A stretch of 64,000 nucleotides of DNA from Candidatus Latescibacterota bacterium. Its GTDB lineage: Bacteria; Latescibacterota; UBA2968. Below are positions 1 to 9,699 of this stretch, one piece after another (position 1 is the first letter of the stretch; the number at the start of each line of letters is the position of its first letter). The notes beneath the pieces were generated by a model. The model saw only the letters and a list, made by a program, of their open reading frames with translations, was not told the DNA's origin and did not search any database. The DNA is taken from positions 2,912,001 through 2,976,000 of the forward strand of contig OZ220741.1 of the NCBI GenBank assembly GCA_965116885.1, written 5' to 3'. The position numbers were made by a program, and so were the translations under genes.

Positions 1-109
1 AAAAAGCCTAAAATTTCGGCATTTTTAACTCCTGTGCAAAGATAGACTGAACATGTCGTTCAACTTCCCACTCTACATTTTGTAAATCTTGTTCTCGGAT
101 AGATTAATC

Positions 110-793
110 ATGAAAAAGAAAGCTGTTGTCTTGCTCAGTGGTGGTTTGGATTCTACTACAACTTTGGCTATTGCTACAAATCAGGGTTATGCCTGTTACG
201 CGATCACATTTCGCTACGGGCAACGGCACGAAATTGAATTCGAGTGTGCGAAAAAAATTGCCGCTCATTTTGGTGTGCGAGATCACGTTATTGCCACTAT
301 TGATTCGCGTGCTTTTGGTGGTTCGGCATTAACCGATGATATCGATGTGCCCAAAAATCGAGACGAGAGCGAAATGTCCGATGGTATCCCAGTCACTTAT
401 GTCCCTGCTCGCAATACGATTTTTCTTTCTTACGCGCTTGCAATGGCCGAATCTCTCGATAGCCGCGATATTTTTATTGGGGTCAATGCAATTGATTACA
501 GCGGTTATCCCGATTGCCGTCCCGAATATATCGCCGCTTTTCAGACCATGGCGAATTTTGCCACCAAAGCCGGTGTTGAAGGGGATGCGTTCACCATTCA
601 CACGCCGCTTATTGATCTGACCAAGGTCGAGATTATCAAATGCGGGTTAGAACTCGGCGTTGATTACGCTATGACCTGTACATGTTACGATCCCGATACA
701 GAAGGTCGCGCGTGTGGGCAGTGCGACGCCTGCTTGTTGCGCTTGCAGGGGTTTGCACAGAATGGTATGAAAGATCCGGTGGCCTATCGGTAA
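110..793 (+). CDS. queC: 7-cyano-7-deazaguanine synthase
   Basis: [14 protein letters not shown]-loop, YGQRH, TYVPARN, YPDCRPE and C-terminal [11 protein letters not shown] Zn motif; ATG at 110 preferred over upstream TTG. Confidence 0.97.
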   Translation: MKKKAVVLLSGGLDSTTTLAIATNQGYACYAITFRYGQRHEIEFECAKKIAAHFGVRDHVIATIDSRAFGGSALTDDIDVPKNRDESEMSDGIPVTYVPARNTIFLSYALAMAESLDSRDIFIGVNAIDYSGYPDCRPEYIAAFQTMANFATKAGVEGDAFTIHTPLIDLTKVEIIKCGLELGVDYAMTCTCYDPDTEGRACGQCDACLLRLQGFAQNGMKDPVAYR

Positions 794-892
794 GAGGTGG
801 TTTTTCATTGCCGCAATGTACGCTTGCTAAATTTATGCGGATTTACGATCTTACAAAGTAGTTATCTCATTCACATTCAAAGAATTGTGTTT

Positions 893-2230
893 ATGCCCGC
901 TCTCTCACTCGACCAACTCATCGCCGATTATTGCGATCAAAACGCACACTCTCAACGCCTTTTCAAACGCGCACAAGAAGTTTTGCCCGGTGGTAATACG
1001 CGCACCGGTGTTTTTGTCAATCCCTTTCCGATTTACGCGGACCAGGGTGAGGGTGTTTATATCGATGATGTCGATGGCAACCGCCGTCTCGACTTTGTCA
1101 ATAACGCCACCGCCCTCATCCTCGGTCACGCCCATCCCGCTGTGAGCGATGCCCTGCGCGAACGTATCAATAGTGGCACGGCCTTTTTTGGTCCTACCCA
1201 ACTCGAAATCGAGTGGGCAGAACTCCTGCGCGAACGCGTCCCTTCCCTCGAACATCTGCGCTTTTGCAGTTCGGGTACCGAGTCTGTGGGCAATGCCTTG
1301 CGCGTTGCTCGCGCTTTTACTGGGCGTCAAAAAATTGCCAAATTTGAAGGTGCGTATCACGGTATTGACGATCCGGCTCTCATAAGCTATGTGCCACCTG
1401 TTACTCCCGATCTCGGTCCCGAAGACGCGCCTCATTCGGTGCTTTCTTCTGCCGGTCTTGCACCCGCGACGGCTGAAAATGTCGTTGTTTTGCCCTTTAA
1501 TAACGCACGCGCTTGTGAACATCTCATTCGCCAACACGCCGAAGAACTCGCGTGCGTCATTATTGATCCGCTTTCTACGGCTGCTGGTATGGCCCTGCCG
1601 GATCCCGAGTTTCTCACGCTTTTGCGCGATGTGACGCGGGAACTCGATATTCTTCTCATTTTCGACGAAATTGTCAGTTTTCGCATGACGTCAGGCGGCA
1701 CACAGGCGGCGTACAATATCACGCCCGATTTGACCTGTCTGGCGAAGGTCATTGCTGGCGGTACCCCGGCTGGTGCTTTTGGTGGGCGCAAAGATGTAAT
1801 GGCGCTGTACGATCCCACTTCTGGATCACCTGCTATCCCACAATCTGGTACGTATAATGGCAATCCGCTCGTGGCTATCGCTGGTCTTATGACTCTTAAA
1901 ACCATGACCTCCGATGCATATCGCCACATTGATTCCCTCACAGAGTACATTGCCGCTGGTCTCAAAGACGCTTTTAAGAGTGCCAGTATTCCTGCGACTA
2001 TTGTCACTGCTGGTTCGCTTTTTCGCATCTACTTTCTCGACTATACCCCTGCCAACTATCGCCAGGCTGCACGAGACAGCAGCGAAAAACACCGCTGGCT
2101 CTATTTCTATCTTTTAAACCACGGTATTGTCATCCGCCAGGGCGGCTGCGTTTCTCTTCCTATGACGAGCAAACACGCCGATGATTTGATCAACTGCGTG
2201 CGTGAGGGATTGCGCGTTTGGCCCTATTAA
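893..2230 (+). CDS. Class III PLP aminotransferase (glutamate-1-semialdehyde aminomutase-like)
   Basis: DVDGN, ILGHAHP, SGTE, KFEGAYHG, FDEIVSFR, DLTCLAKVIAGG (PLP lysine), SGTYNGNP. Start set at ATG 893. Confidence 0.88.
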   Translation: MPALSLDQLIADYCDQNAHSQRLFKRAQEVLPGGNTRTGVFVNPFPIYADQGEGVYIDDVDGNRRLDFVNNATALILGHAHPAVSDALRERINSGTAFFGPTQLEIEWAELLRERVPSLEHLRFCSSGTESVGNALRVARAFTGRQKIAKFEGAYHGIDDPALISYVPPVTPDLGPEDAPHSVLSSAGLAPATAENVVVLPFNNARACEHLIRQHAEELACVIIDPLSTAAGMALPDPEFLTLLRDVTRELDILLIFDEIVSFRMTSGGTQAAYNITPDLTCLAKVIAGGTPAGAFGGRKDVMALYDPTSGSPAIPQSGTYNGNPLVAIAGLMTLKTMTSDAYRHIDSLTEYIAAGLKDAFKSASIPATIVTAGSLFRIYFLDYTPANYRQAARDSSEKHRWLYFYLLNHGIVIRQGGCVSLPMTSKHADDLINCVREGLRVWPY

Positions 2231-2241
2231 TCCCAAAATAA

Positions 2242-2964
2242 ATGTCTGTATCTATACCAGATGGCCTCGTTATCCTCACCTTTGATGACGGCGTCAAATC
2301 ACAAAGGACCTTCGCTGTACCCATCTTGCGCGAATGCGGGTTCAATGCCACTTTCTATATCACAGAGGGCTTGAACTTTCTCACGGATAAGACGCGCTAT
2401 CTCACCTGGGAAGAAGTGCGCAAATTACACGATCTGGGCTTTGAAATTGGGAATCATACGCGGCAACACAAAAGCGTTGCCAACCAATCGCGGGAGGAAC
2501 TTTTATCCGATATCCGGTACATCGATCGGCAATGCAACCGCTACGGTATCCCGATTCCCACTACATTTTGTTACCCCGGCTACACCAATACCCCCGAAGC
2601 TGTTGATGTACTCAAAGAACGCGGTTTTACTTATGCCCGACGTGGGACTGTACCCGAATATCCTTATGATAGGGAAGGTGGCCGTGGCCCGGCTTATAAT
2701 CCCGAGCAACACGATCCGCTTCTCGTTCCGACTACGGGCGCGTCGGGGCCGCACTGGAACTTTGATGATTTCTTGTGGTCACTCGACCAGGCTCAAAACG
2801 GTTGTGCCACAGTCCTCACTTTTCACGGGGTACCCGATCTCGATCATCCCTGGGTGCATACCGAACCCGCATTTTTTGAACGCTGTATGCAGCATCTCAC
2901 AGATAATGGACACAGAGTAATCGCTCTGCGCGATCTCACAAATTATATCATCCCGGAGTCCTGA
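2242..2964 (+). CDS. Polysaccharide deacetylase (NodB/CE4) family protein
   Basis: LTFDDG, ATFYI, EIGNHTRQH, FCYPG motifs. Confidence 0.88.
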   Translation: MSVSIPDGLVILTFDDGVKSQRTFAVPILRECGFNATFYITEGLNFLTDKTRYLTWEEVRKLHDLGFEIGNHTRQHKSVANQSREELLSDIRYIDRQCNRYGIPIPTTFCYPGYTNTPEAVDVLKERGFTYARRGTVPEYPYDREGGRGPAYNPEQHDPLLVPTTGASGPHWNFDDFLWSLDQAQNGCATVLTFHGVPDLDHPWVHTEPAFFERCMQHLTDNGHRVIALRDLTNYIIPES

Positions 2965-2965
2965 T

Positions 2966-3766
2966 ATGGTCGATCCTCTTCCTCTTATTGCCTACGATAC
3001 GCTTGCAGAGCAAACCGAAGCTCTGTACCGCGATGGCTATGCGTATCTGCCAGGTGTATTGACGTCCGATCAAGTGGCAAAACTTCGCGATTATATGGAC
3101 GCTCTTACACCGATTTCGGAAAGTTTTGACAAAGATGGGCGTCCTGAAGACATTGGTTTTATCAATAAACACATCAACAATGCGTTCAACCGGCACGCTC
3201 ATTTTTTACAATTTCTCGACCGTCCCGGTGTGATTGAGCTCGCTGAAGCCATACACGGCGACGATTGCCACTGTATCGGCATGACCTCATGGATGACTGG
3301 TCCTGGCCGCCCCGATCAGAATCTCCATACTGACTGGCTTCCCCTGAGTCTGCCCGCAGATATACTTGAGGATTCTCGGGTGCGTATCCCCATTTTTATC
3401 ACTACGGCGCATTTCTATCTCGACGATATCACCGAAGAACTTGGTCCGACTAATTTTATTCCCGGTAGCCACCTTTCGGGCAGAAGTCCTAATGGCGATA
3501 CATCCTGGAAGGGTCAGACTGAAAAATCTATTATGTGCAATGCTGGCGATGTGGTCATTTTTCGCAGTGAGGTCTGGCATCGCGGTACGGCCAATACCAG
3601 CGATAAAACGCGCTATTTGCTTCAAGTCCACTATGCGAAACGCATGATTACGCAAAAATATCCCCCATATCTCAACCGGTTTCAGTTTGACCCCGAAATT
3701 ATCGAGCAGGCGACGCCGCGCCAGCGCCGCCTGATGGGCGATCACAAAAGCAGCAATTACGATTGA
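2966..3766 (+). CDS. Phytanoyl-CoA dioxygenase (PhyH) family Fe(II)/2-oxoglutarate dioxygenase
   Basis: YRDGY, HTD facial-triad motif, YLDD...GPTNFIPGSH, AGDVVIF...WHRG..N.S...R. Confidence 0.9.
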   Translation: MVDPLPLIAYDTLAEQTEALYRDGYAYLPGVLTSDQVAKLRDYMDALTPISESFDKDGRPEDIGFINKHINNAFNRHAHFLQFLDRPGVIELAEAIHGDDCHCIGMTSWMTGPGRPDQNLHTDWLPLSLPADILEDSRVRIPIFITTAHFYLDDITEELGPTNFIPGSHLSGRSPNGDTSWKGQTEKSIMCNAGDVVIFRSEVWHRGTANTSDKTRYLLQVHYAKRMITQKYPPYLNRFQFDPEIIEQATPRQRRLMGDHKSSNYD

Positions 3767-3776
3767 GGAGTACACT

Positions 3777-4211
3777 GTGACTTTCTTGATAGGATATTAT
3801 CTTTGGCTAAAAGTTATACATCTCATCGCCATGATTGGTTGGATGGTCGGTATTTTGTATTTGCCGCGGCTGTTTGCCTATCACGCCGATGCCTCTGCTG
3901 ATACGGATGAGACATTTCAACAGATGGAATACAATCTTATGCGGCTTCTGCTTATGCCCTGTATGATTGTCGTTTTTATTACGGGCATTCTCTTGATTTT
4001 TGCAACAGGGAGCCTGGCGAGCGGGTGGCTTCACACCAAATTTTTACTTGTTCTCATACTCGCGGGATTGCACGGTATGATGTCGCGCCAGCGCAAGAAT
4101 TTTCAACGCGGCGAAAATACCAGAAGCGCGGCGTACTTTCGCACATTTAGCCACGTTACAACGCTTATTGTGATTCTCGTTGTCGCGCTGGCTGTTCTGA
4201 AACCTTTTTAG
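3777..4211 (+). CDS. hemJ: Protoporphyrinogen IX oxidase HemJ (membrane protein)
   Basis: YLWLKVIHLIAMIGWMVGILYLPRLFAYH, WLHTK and terminal VLKPF are HemJ hallmarks; GTG start after GAGGAG. Confidence 0.9.
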   Translation: MTFLIGYYLWLKVIHLIAMIGWMVGILYLPRLFAYHADASADTDETFQQMEYNLMRLLLMPCMIVVFITGILLIFATGSLASGWLHTKFLLVLILAGLHGMMSRQRKNFQRGENTRSAAYFRTFSHVTTLIVILVVALAVLKPF

Positions 4212-4223
4212 TGGGAGCAAAGC

Positions 4224-4973
4224 ATGGCAAACGACGAATTTGTGATTCCGCGACGATTGATCAATTCGGACCGGGAGGAAACACCGAGGTCCTTGCTGGA
4301 TCTGATTGAACAGGGGCCATTTGATTTGGATACGGCGGCGTGGTGGATGTCGCATGTGACGAATGGGGCATCGTGGATCGTGGGGTCGGGTCCGGGTGGG
4401 ATCGGGAAATCGACGACGATGCGTTCCTTTCTGAGCGTTGTACCCGGGGACCGGGCATTTGCGATCGCGATGCCAGGGGAGATTCCACCGCTCGCGGATC
4501 AGAAACGCTGCACGATTGCGCTCGAGTTGAGCGATCATCGGCCGCCTGGCTACCTTTGGGACCAGGACCTGCGTGACTTTTTCGACCTGTCGAAGGCGGG
4601 ACATCAGCTTGTGGGGAACGTCCATGCGGATACGGTGGAAGAGACGCGTGAACAGATCGTCGGGGCGTGCAGCGTTCCCGAGGAGCAGTTTCATCACATC
4701 AATATTATCGCATTTGTCTGGCTGGAAGGTCATGAACGTGGACAAAGCAGGCGGATCAGGGATCAGACGTCGCGGCGGTTTCTGACAAGCGTGCATTACA
4801 CCGATGGTTCAGGTGCTCACGAGCAAGTCTATTCGGAAGGATCAGGACTCTCGCCCAACGCACCAAGAGATGTGGCGCACGAAGCAAAGTGCCGAACTTT
4901 TTTGGAGGAGGCACTGGGAGATGCGTCGCGGGATATAGATGAATTGAGGGAGCGATATCTGGCCTGGCATTAG
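4224..4973 (+). CDS. Small P-loop NTPase resembling the C-terminal domain of secretion/pilus ATPases
   Basis: Walker A GPGGIGKST, GHQLVGNVHADT similar to the GH....T.HA His-box of VirB11/CpaF/PulE ATPases. Confidence 0.6.
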   Translation: MANDEFVIPRRLINSDREETPRSLLDLIEQGPFDLDTAAWWMSHVTNGASWIVGSGPGGIGKSTTMRSFLSVVPGDRAFAIAMPGEIPPLADQKRCTIALELSDHRPPGYLWDQDLRDFFDLSKAGHQLVGNVHADTVEETREQIVGACSVPEEQFHHINIIAFVWLEGHERGQSRRIRDQTSRRFLTSVHYTDGSGAHEQVYSEGSGLSPNAPRDVAHEAKCRTFLEEALGDASRDIDELRERYLAWH

Positions 4974-5047
4974 GAACGGGTAGCTCATACCAAAATTCTA
5001 CCTCAGCAATCTTTCATAGTAAGAAACGCAACGCCCTCTGAGGACCG

Positions 5048-8000
5048 TTGATGGAACTTCCCAAAGATCTACGCTTCATCTCGCTGAAGTACGCTGGACT
5101 ATGCCGAGCATGCGCGACAAGTCTCAAAGTCGGTGAGAGAGCACACTGGTCACCATCGTCGAAAGAGGTCTGGTGTATTGACTGCGCGAGTGAGGAATCC
5201 TCGGCCCAAGTCGCATCAGATAGTGTAGTGGGTAGTTCTCGGAACGCGATAAAGAATGCAAGTTCTAATAGCGCGTTAAATCTGGCTGCTAACAGATCGC
5301 ATACTCCGTGGCAAAAACTGTGCACATATGCGCAACGGTGTATCGAAGCGGAAGCTGCGAAATCACTGGTCCCGTACGTCGAAGAGAATTCTTTGTGGTT
5401 CTTACATTCTGGACAAGAGAAACTGGTAGTCGGACAGGACGACTCGACACCGGCGTCCGGAAAACTTGCCAATCGTCTGTCTCGTACGCGATCACAAGAC
5501 GGGCGGTCAATCATATATGGCTGGCCAACGGTCGTCGTGATTGACCGCGACCATAAGCCTAAGGTCGCCCCTCTTTTTGTCGTCCATATCGAACCGGAAC
5601 GAAATCGCGGCGACAAGTGGGAACTCCATGCCACGGGGGAGCCGGAGTTCAACTTAGCCATCACGGCAAGCGGTATCTTCGACCCTTCAATCACCGAAGA
5701 CGTCAGCGACCTGTTAAGTGACAACTTGCCATTCGGAGATGCCGACGCTTTTGCCGCCCTCGCCGAACGAGTGGCTGGCCTGCTTGGACTCAAGATCCTA
5801 TCGCGACTCAATCCGAGAATGCTCGAAGCGCACGTAAGTCGCAACCAGGGTGTCTACAACGCCGGGGTCACGGTCATGGCCGAGGCGTCTGGATACACCG
5901 TCGCCCTTCGTGAGGAACTGCGACAACTACAGACCCGAAAAGACTGGGCGACTACTGCTGCGGCCTCTCTTATCCCCGATAGTTTCGCACAGAAGGAAAA
6001 CAATCGTCCTCCATCCGAGCCTCTTGCGGCACCGCTTGTATGCAACCAATCACAGGAGGAGACACTTGAGCGTCTCCGCAGAGAACCTCTGACGATTGTG
6101 ACCGGTCCACCAGGGACAGGAAAAACGCAACTCGTAGTGAATGCGGTTACAAACGCGTGGCTGGACGGCGACAAAGTCCTGGTGACCTCGACCAACAATG
6201 CTGCGGTTGATGTGGCCGTTGACCGTGCAGAGGAAGACGTTTGTAATGGCTTGTTGGTCCGCACCGGCAATCGCGATGTGCGCGAGCAGGTTCCGGATCG
6301 CATTACCGCTGCGTTGGCTCAGGCGGCAACGCAGCGCGGCAACCAAGCCGCAGCGCGCGCCCAATTGAAGCGAGTCACCACTGAGCGCACCCAGCTAATG
6401 GAGAAACTGGCGCGGCTGGACGAACTGGACGTGGAACTGTTGCAACTTGCAGAAAAACAAGAGGAACTCAGGCAAGCCTTGAAGGAGGCGGCGCAAACAC
6501 TCTGGACTAACGCGAGTCCTCCTGAACTGTCCATCAGTTCCCACGAAATAGAGCAACGAGCCAGCCAGTTGTTGAGAATGGAGAAAGAGAAATTGGCGCA
6601 GCTGGACGAACTGGACGTGGAACTGTTGCAACTTGCAGAAAAACAAGAGGAACTCAGGCAAGCCTTGAAGGAGGCGGCGCAAACACTCTGGACTAACGCG
6701 AGTCCTCCTGAACTGTCCATCAGTTCCCACGAAATAGAGCAACGAGCCAGCCAGTTGTTGAGGGTGTGGTTGTTCCGTCGTTTCCGTACGCGTCGTTTCC
6801 GCGTGCGACTCGGTTGCTGTGAAACCGCTCCATTGGAGCAACTCGTCGCTTGGGCTCGGATTGATCAGCGCCTAGCAGAGCTGACCGCCCAGTTGGAAAT
6901 TGGGCGATCAGAACGGCAACAACTGAAGGCCGCTGTGGGCGATCCGGCGACCCGTGTGCGAGAAGCGGACGAGAAATGGGCAGAAGCCAGCCTCTATGCG
7001 ATCCGTGCGGACACCGCGACGCGAATCTGCTCTGGTGCTGACCGCCTGGCAGCTTTCGGCACAATCTCTGCCAACATAGACCATTTCAAACGGGCCATTG
7101 GCAATTCGTTTCACTACTTACGAGGCTGGGCATGCACAGCACTGTCAGCGCAACATAACTTCCCTTTGGAATCAGGACTATTTGACCTTGTGATCGTTGA
7201 TGAAGCCAGCCAGTGCAGCCTGGCAGCCGTACTGCCCTTGGCATATCGCGCCAGACGTTTGGCTGTGGTGGGAGATCCATACCAACTGAATCCGATCATT
7301 TCCCTCAGCGATGGGCTCTTACAAGAAATCGTCACACAAACGGGATTCGACAACGACGATCTGCGCAAGCGCGGCATTCATCACAAGGACGGCTCGGCCT
7401 ATTCCGCGTTTGAGTTTGCAGCAAGACCTCAAACGCCAGTTCTTCTCAATGAGCACTACCGCTGCCACCCACACATCGCTCGTTGGTTCAACAAGACTTT
7501 CTACAGGGGCGAACTCACCATACTGACGGACATCTCCGATACGGTTCAGCGTGACCGTGCCATCTCCTGGTGCGATGTTGAGGGTACTGTAGAACGGCCC
7601 GCTTCTGGAAGTTGGCTAAACCGATTCGAGGCGGAACAAACGGTAAAACAAATTCAGGACGTAATCGAGTCTGGTTACAAGACCGTCGGCGTGGTAACTC
7701 CATTCACCGCGCAGGCGCAACTCATCGATTGGCTCGCAAAAAGACAATTCGGCGAGGATTTTCTGTCCGACATCGGTTTTGTGAGCGGAACCGCACACCG
7801 CTTACAAGGAGATGAGCGTGAGGCAATCGTTCTTTCTTCCGTGCTTTCTCCCGGTATGTCCAAGAGCGGCATCCGTTGGGTGGAGAAAGAGAGAAACCTC
7901 CTGAACGTGGCTGTGAGCCGCGCCCGTCGAGCGCTGATCGTTCTCGGCCATCCGCTCATAGGAGATTTGGGGAGTCCAACTCTGGCCTCTCTGCGTGTCT

Positions 8001-8395
8001 ATCTGTGCGATGAGATTGCCCAGAATGAAGGTGTTGCTCAACCCTCAGCCGATTTTCGCACAGACAGCAGATCTGAGCAACTCCTGCTTGACGCCATGCA
8101 GATCAGGGATCTCTTACCCTATGCTAAGCTCAATGTGGAGGGGTATGAGTTGGACTTTGCACTACTGGAACAGGGAATCAAGCTAAACATCGAGGTTGAT
8201 GGCGATCAGCATTTCGACGCGAGAGGCCGACAACGGCGCCAGGACATCACCCGTGACCGTGTTCTGCTCAACCTTGGATGGACAGTCCTACGGATACCGG
8301 CGTGGCGATGTTACGAAGAAATTGACTCTGTGATTGAAGAAATCAAGAAAACACGGGAGCGATTGCTTGTCGAAGTCTCTCACTCGACGTTTTAA
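5048..8395 (+). CDS. SF1 (Upf1/DNA2-like) helicase with N-terminal Zn ribbon and C-terminal DUF559/Vsr-like endonuclease domain
   Basis: CRAC...CIDC at N terminus; GPPGTGKT, STNNAAVD, DEASQ, VGDPYQL, LNEHYRCHP, VVTPF, LQGDE, NVAVSRAR; C-terminal YELDFAL...IEVDGDQH...RD..L..LGWTVLR. Confidence 0.88.
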   Translation: MMELPKDLRFISLKYAGLCRACATSLKVGERAHWSPSSKEVWCIDCASEESSAQVASDSVVGSSRNAIKNASSNSALNLAANRSHTPWQKLCTYAQRCIEAEAAKSLVPYVEENSLWFLHSGQEKLVVGQDDSTPASGKLANRLSRTRSQDGRSIIYGWPTVVVIDRDHKPKVAPLFVVHIEPERNRGDKWELHATGEPEFNLAITASGIFDPSITEDVSDLLSDNLPFGDADAFAALAERVAGLLGLKILSRLNPRMLEAHVSRNQGVYNAGVTVMAEASGYTVALREELRQLQTRKDWATTAAASLIPDSFAQKENNRPPSEPLAAPLVCNQSQEETLERLRREPLTIVTGPPGTGKTQLVVNAVTNAWLDGDKVLVTSTNNAAVDVAVDRAEEDVCNGLLVRTGNRDVREQVPDRITAALAQAATQRGNQAAARAQLKRVTTERTQLMEKLARLDELDVELLQLAEKQEELRQALKEAAQTLWTNASPPELSISSHEIEQRASQLLRMEKEKLAQLDELDVELLQLAEKQEELRQALKEAAQTLWTNASPPELSISSHEIEQRASQLLRVWLFRRFRTRRFRVRLGCCETAPLEQLVAWARIDQRLAELTAQLEIGRSERQQLKAAVGDPATRVREADEKWAEASLYAIRADTATRICSGADRLAAFGTISANIDHFKRAIGNSFHYLRGWACTALSAQHNFPLESGLFDLVIVDEASQCSLAAVLPLAYRARRLAVVGDPYQLNPIISLSDGLLQEIVTQTGFDNDDLRKRGIHHKDGSAYSAFEFAARPQTPVLLNEHYRCHPHIARWFNKTFYRGELTILTDISDTVQRDRAISWCDVEGTVERPASGSWLNRFEAEQTVKQIQDVIESGYKTVGVVTPFTAQAQLIDWLAKRQFGEDFLSDIGFVSGTAHRLQGDEREAIVLSSVLSPGMSKSGIRWVEKERNLLNVAVSRARRALIVLGHPLIGDLGSPTLASLRVYLCDEIAQNEGVAQPSADFRTDSRSEQLLLDAMQIRDLLPYAKLNVEGYELDFALLEQGIKLNIEVDGDQHFDARGRQRRQDITRDRVLLNLGWTVLRIPAWRCYEEIDSVIEEIKKTRERLLVEVSHSTF
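6415..6762 (+). repeat. In-frame tandem duplication, 186-bp period, inside helicase gene
   Basis: 6415-6576 reads identical to 6601-6762; peptide LDELDVELLQLAEKQEELRQ...EQRASQLLR occurs twice. Confidence 0.95.
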
Positions 8396-8481
8396 CGTGA
8401 GGAGGAATGCCGCGTGTCGTCTGCATGAGAAACGGCGCGGAGAAGGTGTAGATCGCCAAGGCGTCACCAGCCTTTTTTCTA

Positions 8482-9612
8482 TCATGCGTGGATCTGATTC
8501 AGCCAGCCTTCCAGAGTGTAGCTCGGGTCGCCTATTTCCTCCGGGCGAAGGCATGCCAGATCGGTGCGGTGTATGGGGCGGATGCCGAGGTCGGGAAGGG
8601 TGGCGCCGCGCTGGTGAAGGTCGGTGCCGTAGAGTTTTTCCAGGATGATGCCGTTGGCGTCGCACCAGTCGCCCGAGTTGAGGGTGGGCAGGCTCTCTTC
8701 GGGGTCGAAACCAGGGGCGCCGAGGTGGCGGTGGATCCATTTCAGGGCGACGGTGTAGCCGAAGTAGGGGCGATGCCCTCCCGCCGGTTCGAACCAGCAA
8801 GCGATGTGGCCGTCCGGGAAATTCGGAGCTGCGCAGGACACGGTGTTCCGGGTACCTTCCCACGCGGCACCGTCCCCCTCTGTGTCGATGATGACGTCGG
8901 CGTCGCCGTTGAGGATGAGGACGGCGCAGTGAGGCGCAGCCAGAGAGAGGAATTCCGGCCAGGTACAGAGAGTGCGCAGGCGCTGGTTCGGGACGCGGGT
9001 GCAAAATTTGCCTGTGACCGTCATGGTGTCACACAGTGCCCAACCGGAGACCAGAGCCAGCTTGAGGCGGGTGTCGAGGGCCAGCATCCAGGAGGCCTTG
9101 GCGCCGCCGAGGGAGTTTCCCGCCACACCGACGCGCTCCCGGTCGGTGTCGTTCCGGGTGAAGAGAAAATCGATGCCCCGCATTGTGTCGAAGACGAGCT
9201 TGCCCATGATGAGCCGGCCAGCCCCATCGGCGCAGGTGTGGACTTCTTCAGGATCGTGCGCCCGGGTACCCAGGTCGCCGCGGATGTGCCGCTCTTCTTC
9301 TCCGACCGGGTCGAGAACCAGGCAGGCCAGTCCGAGTTTGGCGTAGAGTTGGGGGATGTAGGTGTACTGCCACTGGCTTTTGCTGCCGCCGTGGCCGCAG
9401 GTGATTACGATGGATGGCATGGGTGCGGTGGGGTGTGCTGGTCGATAGAGTACGGAGGGGACGCGGGAACCGGGTTCGCTCGTCCAGATCCATTTTTCGA
9501 CGACGATTCCATCCCGTTCGATCTGTCCGCGGGACTCCGGAGCCAGGTCGCAGCGGACCGTGGGGATGCCCAGGAGGTCGTGCAGGGCGCGGCGCAGGGA
9601 TTCGGTTTGCAT
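8482..9612 (-). CDS. Alpha/beta hydrolase (acetylxylan esterase/dienelactone hydrolase-like)
   Basis: CGHGG, DPVGEEER, RGIDFL, nucleophile motif GNSLGG, GGH; start set at ATG 9612 because the longer ORF runs into the tmRNA. Confidence 0.82.
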   Translation of the reverse strand: MQTESLRRALHDLLGIPTVRCDLAPESRGQIERDGIVVEKWIWTSEPGSRVPSVLYRPAHPTAPMPSIVITCGHGGSKSQWQYTYIPQLYAKLGLACLVLDPVGEEERHIRGDLGTRAHDPEEVHTCADGAGRLIMGKLVFDTMRGIDFLFTRNDTDRERVGVAGNSLGGAKASWMLALDTRLKLALVSGWALCDTMTVTGKFCTRVPNQRLRTLCTWPEFLSLAAPHCAVLILNGDADVIIDTEGDGAAWEGTRNTVSCAAPNFPDGHIACWFEPAGGHRPYFGYTVALKWIHRHLGAPGFDPEESLPTLNSGDWCDANGIILEKLYGTDLHQRGATLPDLGIRPIHRTDLACLRPEEIGDPSYTLEGWLNQIHA

Positions 9613-9699
9613 GGGAATGTTCTTTGGCAGAGTAACGGGATGGCAGCGTGCCGTGAGACGGTGAAGGTCCGTCTTGTAGATCGGCCCGCTACAAAAGAA

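Noticed and set aside
1..109. preQ1 riboswitch upstream of queC
   Set aside because: No recognisable preQ1 stem-loop with A-rich tail; the leader may be cut by the window edge.
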